A stretch of 63,360 nucleotides of DNA, filler included, from Octopus bimaculoides (lineage: Eukaryota): assembly GCF_001194135.2 (NCBI RefSeq). It is 5 parts of 5 records of this genome, joined end to end, with 100 filler letters (N's around TTAATTAATTAA, not from the genome) between each part and the next. Parts side by side here need not be neighbours in the genome. Positions count along the whole stretch, not along the records: positions 54,793 to 63,360 come from NC_069000.1; 4 more parts are not named here. The stretch is one strand, 5' to 3'. The position numbers and the translations under genes are program-made. This document shows positions 55,266-63,360 of this stretch, piece by piece. Each line of letters starts with the position of its first letter. Positions within the stretch are counted from its first letter, which is position 1. The notes under the pieces were generated by a model. It was not told where the DNA came from. It worked only from the letters and a program-made list of their open reading frames with translations, and searched no databases.

Positions 55266-55822
55266 GAAAGTGAAGAGGAGCAGTGACAGAAATAGCAGAA
55301 TAACAACAGTAGTAGTGTCGACAGTACAAGAGTAAAAGAAATAGAAGTAGTTATTGTATACAAACTGTATATAATGTTGATTTGTAGAATATTGAATAGA
55401 GATTAAAAAAATAGACAAAAACACGCACACGCACGCACACACATACGTAAATGTATGTTTGAAAATTATATGAGTGTAACTGGTGGTATGTATGTGCGTA
55501 TGTGTGTTTATATTCATACTTGTGACACGTATGTAATAAACGTAATTATTACATGTATAGACAAACACAAACACATAGATGTATGCATATCTTATACGCA
55601 CAAATCTATAGAAATACAGCCATAACTATCTGTAATTCATATACTTACGAATAAATATTTTATATATATACATACAGAAGAATATATATATATATANNNN
55701 NNNNNNNNNNNNNNNNNNNNNNNNNNNNNNNNNNNNNNNNNNNNNNNNNNNNNNNNNNNNNNNNNNNNNNNNNNNNNNNNNNNNNNNNNNNNNNNNNNNN
55801 NNNNNNNNNNNNNNNNNNNNNN

Positions 55823-55879
<57 letters not shown>

Positions 55880-56257
55880 ATATATACACATATGTCTGTA
55901 TATGAATATATATATATATGTATGTATGTATGCACATGTACATATATATGTAAATTCACAAATATATACATGTGTAAGCTCCTTTACTTAATAGAATATT
56001 TGAATTTGTAGTACCACTTAAGAATAAAAAATTTTGTCATCGTATTTAAGTTACATGAGAATAAAACTTCGAATTGCTATATATTTGCTTGTCTTCTTGT
56101 TTTCCTTTCTTTGCTGTTTCTACGCAAGGGCAAAACAATTTAAAAGAAAAAAATTGGTGTTTTGCTTGAAGAAAAATATCCGTACATATCTCCATGACAT
56201 TAACTTGGTAACCACATTGACTGGCGTAGTTGATGCTCATTATAAAGTAAATACTGC

Positions 56258-56300
<43 letters not shown>

Positions 56301-56423
56301 AGAGAAGAACCACCATTATACAATTCAGACAATGAAAAACCTCAATGACACCATCCCGAAAAAATACACTATAAAAATACTAATCTAAGAATTCAATAAA
56401 GCATAAAAAGTAAATAGCAGTAA

Positions 56424-56538
56424 GTTGACTACGCGCGTTTCGTGGCTATATTAAGACAGATAAAATCAATTCAATTCAAAAATAAATCGATCCAAATTTA
56501 ATTCTATTTAAAAAATATAGTCACTCGGCAGGTCTAGA
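56424..56538 (-). ncRNA. Type I hammerhead ribozyme with a core point mutation
   Basis: Minus strand: tagac CTGCCGA gtgactatatt…aatatagccac GAAA cgcgc GTA gtcaac. Stem II pairs at 10 of 11 positions and stem III is the palindrome acgcgcgt. CTGCCGA differs from CTGANGA at A6. Confidence 0.7.
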
Positions 56539-57199
56539 ATAAAAATTAAAAAATCAATGTATGTATCTTACCACATAATAATTAATTGAAAATAGAAATA
56601 TAGAAAAATGCGTGTTAATACAGTAACTAAGTGAAAACATTTAATAATATTACTTAAAATTAAAAGCATAATTTATCTTATCGTATAATTGCTGTGAACT
56701 AATAATAATCATCCATTAAGAAAAGAAATAAAAATAGAAAAATTCATGTTAAAACAATAAATAAATGAGAACATTTAACAATATTAATTAAAAATAAGAG
56801 CATGAATTATCGACGAATTTTTGTGAATTAAAATTGTAAACGTAATGTGTAGAACTTAGCATTTATAAGAAATATATAAGTTGACAATATGGTGTCACTT
56901 AAAGTAGAGAGAGGTACGTATTTCAGTTAATACAATGACAAAATGTATTTCAGAATAAGAAAAATTGACCTGTAGTATACCATTTACTGGAAAATTTTAA
57001 AGTCTGGATATTTTTATAGTCTAAATAATTTAAAACTAAAATACGTAATGGTGGCCACTGGTATAAATTGTTATTTTTTAATAATAATTTTTACCCCCCA
57101 AATTTTATTAAATCCTACAAAGATCCAGCAAATCTCTTGAAATTTGATGGACTTAAACTACAGTCTGTGTACGATCATTACCTTTGCATAAAAGTTATG

Positions 57200-57460
57200 T
57201 TCTTTTCAAAATATGCCCCAAATGGCATACGTTGCGCAAACACTTGCATACGTCGCGCAAAGAATTGCATACGTGGCGCAAAACAGTAAAATTGTCAGTT
57301 ACTTGAACACATTTCTCTTTTTGGGGATTTCCCCGATTTCTGCTGTGGTTGCTGCCTTAAGTTCACCAATCGTTTCAATTTTTTCTACTTGGGTGGCACT
57401 GGTGTCCATTGATAAATTGTACGGTATCTCTAAATTGTACGGTATCGGGCGAGCGATTTG
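57200..57460 (-). mobile_element. Tc1/mariner transposase C-terminal remnant
   Basis: 57409-57299 reads …IETIGELKAATTAEIGEIP…, resembling the C-terminal 'T..ELK.AI..EI..IP' motif. Confidence 0.5.
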
Positions 57461-58162
57461 AATTTGTTGCAGTAATGGGTTGTGTATGTGACACCGTTAA
57501 ACAGTCGGATGAACTACTGTAGCTTAAAAGCATTTAAAATATATACATTAAGTATTTGACATTGATCAGATTTACATTATAGAGCTGATTCCAACAAAAG
57601 ATTTCGCATATACGTGTGTGTATATTTATATATGCATATATTAAGTGAAGGCGCGTCGCTTAGTTGTTAGGTTATTCGGCTCACGATTACAAAGGTCAAT
57701 AGTTCTGTTCATGGCGTCGCATTGTGTCCTCGAGCAAGAAACTTTAATCCTCGTTGATCCAGTTCTCTTACCTGGTAAAAATGATTAGTACCTATGTTTG
57801 AAAGGGCCATTCTTGTCACATTCTGTGTCAACCTGAATTTGGTCGTTCATCGGGAACCTTGGCCATCGCAAGCGATAGAGTACCGGTTCATATCTACGTA
57901 TTTGTAAATTTGTTTACACAACGTATCTCTGCCGACATATTATTTATTAGTACGATGGTCAATCGTGTTAACTCATTAAAAATTACACAAGACATGTATA
58001 CGAAGTATTAGATAAAGTATTTAAATATATCAAATAACATTATTTTGTTTCAAGAAATAACCTTTCGAAAATCATGGCATCCACATACACACACACACAC
58101 ACACACATACTCACACACTTGTATACACCTGCAAACATATATAAACATATGAATATGTTCAT

Positions 58163-58234
<72 letters not shown>

Positions 58235-58346
58235 CCATTATGAATATATACGTATGTGTGTATACATACATACATATATACATACATACATACATACATA
58301 TATATATATATACACAAACACAGGCACACTCTCACACACAAGTGTG

Positions 58347-58429
<83 letters not shown>

Positions 58430-58511
58430 TTTATCAACGTTAGGGCGTCGTTCTCCTTTTCAATGACTTACAGACACAGTGTTTCGTTATACTCTCATAA
58501 TCTTCAAAGTA

Positions 58512-59400
58512 TTGGGTCATCCCGTGAATAATGCGGTTTTTTTCTAGTGCATGAACTAAAAATTCGGATGAGGACGGGATAAATTATCTACATCAACCTG
58601 CTATAAAAGCGGGTAGCAATTTTGCTTTATACTTATTCTTACTGCGAATTTTGAAGAGTGCAGTTCGAATTTAACAATTATTTTTTCAAAGCTATTATGG
58701 AAGTGACAGAGGAGTATATTCGACATATTTTGCTTTGAGTTGAATAAAAGCAACAACGCAACTGAAAGTCCGAGGAATATTAATGCTGTATATGGGGATC
58801 GGATAATAAGCGCACGCCGATGTCAACAGTGGTTCCAGAAATTCCTAGCCAGAAACTACAGACTAGAAGATCAGTAGAGCTCGATGAGAATGTCTTGCAA
58901 ACCTTAGTGTTGCAAAATCCTATCGCAACTTTTGAGGAACTAGCAGATATGCTTGAATTTGGTCATTCAACCATTCATCGGCACCAGCTCCGGAAGACAT
59001 ACGAACATCTTTTACCAAGACGAAATGTGTTCTTCCATCAGGCCACTTACAGTGAGGTTGACATTCCAAAGGCTGGAGTAGTTTAAATGGAAAACGATGC
59101 CCCGCCAACCATATTCGCTGGATACTATCCCATCTGAATATCATTTATTCCGCAGTCTTCAATAGCATTTGGACGGGAAAAATATGAATTCTGTAGACGA
59201 CGTCAGAACAATACTGGAGTATATTTCGTCAAGGACATGTTAACTTTTGAAGAGGTTGCTTTGCAAGTCTACCAGATGGCTGGAAGAGCATTGTAGAAAA
59301 TGAAAGAGAGTGTATGTTAGATTAAAAAAGAACTTTGTTTATCTTAATTTTGAAAAATAAAAGATGTATAAAAAACCGCATTATTTATGGGATGTCCGAA
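58512..59400 (+). mobile_element. Internally deleted mariner
   Basis: TIRs ttgggtcatcccgtgaataatgcggtttttt / aaaaaaccgcattatttatgggatgtccgaa with TA on both sides. HTH remnant (…QWFQKF…EELADML) and SEYHLFRSLQ. Confidence 0.9.
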
Positions 59401-59761
59401 TATATTAAGCGTTTTTTTTTAGCCAGTATCGTCTACTACTGTGTTAGCAATACACTTATATTACTTGTTAAAGTCATCTCTACAGATGTTCTGTAGAAAT
59501 AGAGCCAGCATTGATTTTGTCACGATGTTTCATATCCGAAACATCAGGCATAAGCAAACAAACAAACAATGCGATCATAGATGAAAAAATGGGTGACGGG
59601 CTTATATGCCATATTTCGGGAGTTTTTGTTCCTTCACAGTATTGACTTATGAAAATGTTTACTATACTTTGTAGCATATTATGGTTACATAACCAAAGGC
59701 CGTCTGCTTACAAGTCGTTAAAATCTATTGTGTAATGACTTACTTATTATGTTTCAAGATA

Positions 59762-59976
59762 TTCTTTTCTACTCTTGGCACAAAGCCCGAAATTTTGGGG
59801 GAGGGGGCCATTCGAATAGATCGACCCCAGTATTCAACTAGTACTTAATTTATCGACCCTGAAAGGATGGTAGGCAAAGTCGACCTTGGTGGAATTTGAA
59901 CTCAGAACGTAAAGACAGATGAAATACCGCTAAGCATTTCGAGCGGCTTGCTAATATTTCTGCCAGCTTGTCGCTG
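59762..59976 (-). mobile_element. SINE family B monomer with 15-bp TSD
   Basis: ttatgtttcaagata at 59747-59761 and 59977-59991. Confidence 0.88.
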
Positions 59977-60172
59977 TTATGTTTCAAGATAGCGACAGTC
60001 ACTCTAGAAGATCATAATGGTATTGTTTAGATTGGTGAGTAGCTGGTGTGATGTTTTTGTTACACTTTTTAAACAAAGTGAATAAGAACGTTATTTGGTT
60101 ATTTATTTCTTACTCATATTAACAAGGTTAGACTATGCAAAGGTGAATGTACAATTAATACATACATACACG

Positions 60173-60229
<57 letters not shown>

Positions 60230-60247
60230 NNNNNNNNNNNNNNNNNN

Positions 60248-60302
<55 letters not shown>

Positions 60303-61236
60303 CCTCTCTGTGTGTTTGTGTGTGTGTGTATGTGTTTCCTCTTGTGCACTGCCAAACCGCTGGATGAAACTATCAAATTTTTCATGAAGGCTTTTCATTA
60401 CTTGGGGGAAGGTCGTAGGGTGGTAAAATTCTAGCCCTTGCCCATAGAGGGGACTATAGCCACCCTCCATACGACCCTTCCGATTTTCTTTTTCGCAACG
60501 GTATAGTAGTTTCACTTATATTCCTTCACTTTTCTTAAAACTATAGTTTCACTTTTATGACTCTTACGTCTAACTACCTTACACTTCGCTTCCAGAGGTA
60601 AAGATACAAAAACCCTTTCGACCTCTAGCTACGTGCAAGTCATCATTTAGGAAACAATTTTCAATTGAGTGACTTATATTCAACACTACATTAATTTCAA
60701 CTACATATTCAAACTGCCTCAATACTGTATTTCCTTTTCCCTCTTTCTTCCTATTTGAACTTTACAAACTCTATAATTCCTGTACGAACACTCAAAACAC
60801 TTTATTTTTACTACGCAATAAACACTGTACGATATCTTTCAAGTTATACGATAAACATTATAAATTTTAAAGTTCAATATTCCCGTGACATAGTTTAGAG
60901 ATATCGACATGAGTTATTCAGATGACTGTTCGTGGAATAACCTAATAAAAGTAGCTAGAGTGCACTCGATATGTCATATTTAAATCCGATGTGGCTATTT
61001 CTATTTGGATACTGGTTCTAGCTCAGATTCGAAACTGAATCTACATTTTCGCCCTAACCATACGGCCTATTGTTCTGTCAAGGAGCAAAGCAGATTTACG
61101 TGTTCCCCACCTCACTGTTAATCTTTTCTATTCCAGGGACAGTTAAAACAGATAATGAGTGACCTATATTTAATTATCCATTGTTAGAGTGGTCGACCTC
61201 TTTTTCTACCTGCCAAGCACAGTATCTACAAAATTC

Positions 61237-61287
<51 letters not shown>

Positions 61288-61910
61288 NNNNNNNNNNNNN
61301 NNNNNNNNNNNNNNNNNNNNNNNNNNNNNNNNNNNNNNNNNNNNNNNNNNNNNNNNNNNNNNNNNNNNNNNNNNNNNNNNNNNNNNNNNNNNNNNNNNNN
61401 NNNNNNNNNNNNNNNNNNNNNNNNNNNNNNNNNNNNNNNNNNNNNNNNNNNNNNNNNNNNNNNNNNNNNNNNNNNNNNNNNNNNNNNNNNNNNNNNNNNN
61501 NNNNNNNNNNNNNNNNNNNNNNNNNNNNNNNNNNNNNNNNNNNNNNNNNNNNNNNNNNNNNNNNNNNNNNNNNNNNNNNNNNNNNNNNNNNNNNNNNNNN
61601 NNNNNNNNNNNNNNNNNNNNNNNNNNNNNNNNNNNNNNNNNNNNNNNNNNNNNNNNNNNNNNNNNNNNNNNNNNNNNNNNNNNNNNNNNNNNNNNNNNNN
61701 NNNNNNNNNNNNNNNNNNNNNNNNNNNNNNNNNNNNNNNNNNNNNNNNNNNNNNNNNNNNNNNNNNNNNNNNNNNNNNNNNNNNNNNNNNNNNNNNNNNN
61801 NNNNNNNNNNNNNNNNNNNNNNNNNNNNNNNNNNNNNNNNNNNNNNNNNNNNNNNNNNNNNNNNNNNNNNNNNNNNNNNNNNNNNNNNNNNNNNNNNNNN
61901 NNNNNNNNNN

Positions 61911-62002
61911 ATAGCAGTACGTGCGTTTCGTACATGCTCCATTTATTCATGTAGTGAGAACACCACAGAATGTACAATGAAAATGTACTCCTCAGCTGCA
62001 TA
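61911..62002 (-). ncRNA. Type I hammerhead ribozyme, intact core
   Basis: Minus strand: tatgcag CTGAGGA gtacat…atgtac GAAA c gcac GTA ctgctat. Stem I is gcag/ctgc, stem II is gtacat/atgtac with the G-C closing pair. Predicted cleavage between 61918 and 61917. Confidence 0.85.
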
Positions 62003-63081
62003 ATGGAATTTCATTTTAGAAAGACATTTTGAAGATGTTTGCAAAAAACAAGAGTAAGAGAAGAAAACATACCATCTCGACTATGCTGCTGTTCAACAGA
62101 TTAGTGAATCAAACAAGAATATAAAATCTAATTGGAGGGATAGTAGTAATTTCAAATATAGAGGAAGGTAGATTTAGTACATATAGCTAAATATAGAATT
62201 ATGAAATTAACTTGCAAAAATTTTGAATATATCGAATACAATTTCATTATTTTAGACTTCACATCTTGCATATGTTTCGTGTGTCTTCCTTTCCATATCT
62301 ATTGTTGGCGACCTAAACGATTCTGATCACATATAAAATGCGAATTCCATCAATTTGTATATATTTTGATATGTCTTCGACGAGGAAGATTTTGCGTAAG
62401 CTATAAAATTCCCTTCTTAATATTGCCACCAAGTGACGTGCCTACACTCACGCATACACAGATATATGTGCGCACACGTACGTTCGCACACGCACGTTCG
62501 CACACGCACGTTCGCACACACAGAGAAATACACACACACATGCGCACACACAAACATACGTACATATTCATAGGTATGTTTAGCTACAGACATCAGTATT
62601 GAGATAATGAAATCGAACGAAATATTTGAAAAAAAATTACAAAAACACTAGGATAAATGAAATACATCAGACGAAAACTAAGATGGGAATCTATGAAATA
62701 TGTATCCCCATCACAATATGGTGCCCCCGAAACATTCATATTAACATAAAATACCAACACAGAAATGTTGCAGCAAGGGTAAAATTTATTTTATAGAAGC
62801 GACAGTTACTATGGCGTATATATTTTCCCGCTGGACGAGACGCAGGTCTGACGCAGGACTACTTCTTTTTGACGGCTAAGTGTACTGTAGCTACGTGAAA
62901 TGGGGTGTTTTGCAGGAGAACACAACGGTCACCATGATCGTACAATGATGAGGTCAATGCCCTAAACCTAAGACTAGAGGTGTCGACACAAACACGCGCA
63001 TCACACATAGGCATACACACGACACTCTAACCACTGAGTCACACGCCTTCACACACACACACATATATATATATGTATATA

Positions 63082-63360
63082 TCTATACTCTATATAAAAC
63101 ATAGATGTGTGTGTAATCGCTTTTCACGTGAAATCGACTTCACCAAACGCTTCCATACTTGTAATGCATGAATAATTTGACCTCGGATAAATCTTAGGCT
63201 CTTCATTTGATTTTTTTAATTAAAAATAAATAATATTGCTTTATATTTAAGATTATATTTAAGATTCACTTCTTTAAAAATGTTCCTCAATGTCAACTTC
63301 CGGTATTGACGTAACAACCGCAAAAAGCTTCACTTTCTATTTTGTGTGTTCGTGTGTATG
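63082..63360 (+). mobile_element. Possible non-autonomous Helitron-like 5' end
   Basis: TCTATACTCTATATAAAA start followed by a short (TG)n. Confidence 0.35.

Overview
AT-rich eukaryotic genomic DNA with many N gaps and dense microsatellites. The repeat families (tRNA-derived SINEs, Dong/R4 and RTE LINEs, Penelope elements, mariners) suggest an octopus/coleoid cephalopod draft assembly; this is inference. Nearly all long ORFs in the supplied track are microsatellite or N artefacts. What I can support: (1) two plus-strand exons (45923-46073 and 54911-55265) that splice in frame into the C-terminal part of a Cys-rich, probably extracellular protein with a TSP1-like module; (2) three Penelope-like GIY-YIG remnants; (3) three type I hammerhead ribozyme motifs, one with a fully intact core, all with unusually long stem II domains; (4) Dong/R4 retrotransposon fragments in (TAA)n arrays, plus CR1/L2-type and RTE LINE remnants; (5) a MULE with subrepeat TIRs and a TSD, plus mariner/Tc1, Tigger-like and Helitron-like remnants; (6) three SINE families, including a recurrent dimer. 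Repeat boundaries are approximate unless a TSD or TIR is cited. No database searches were run.
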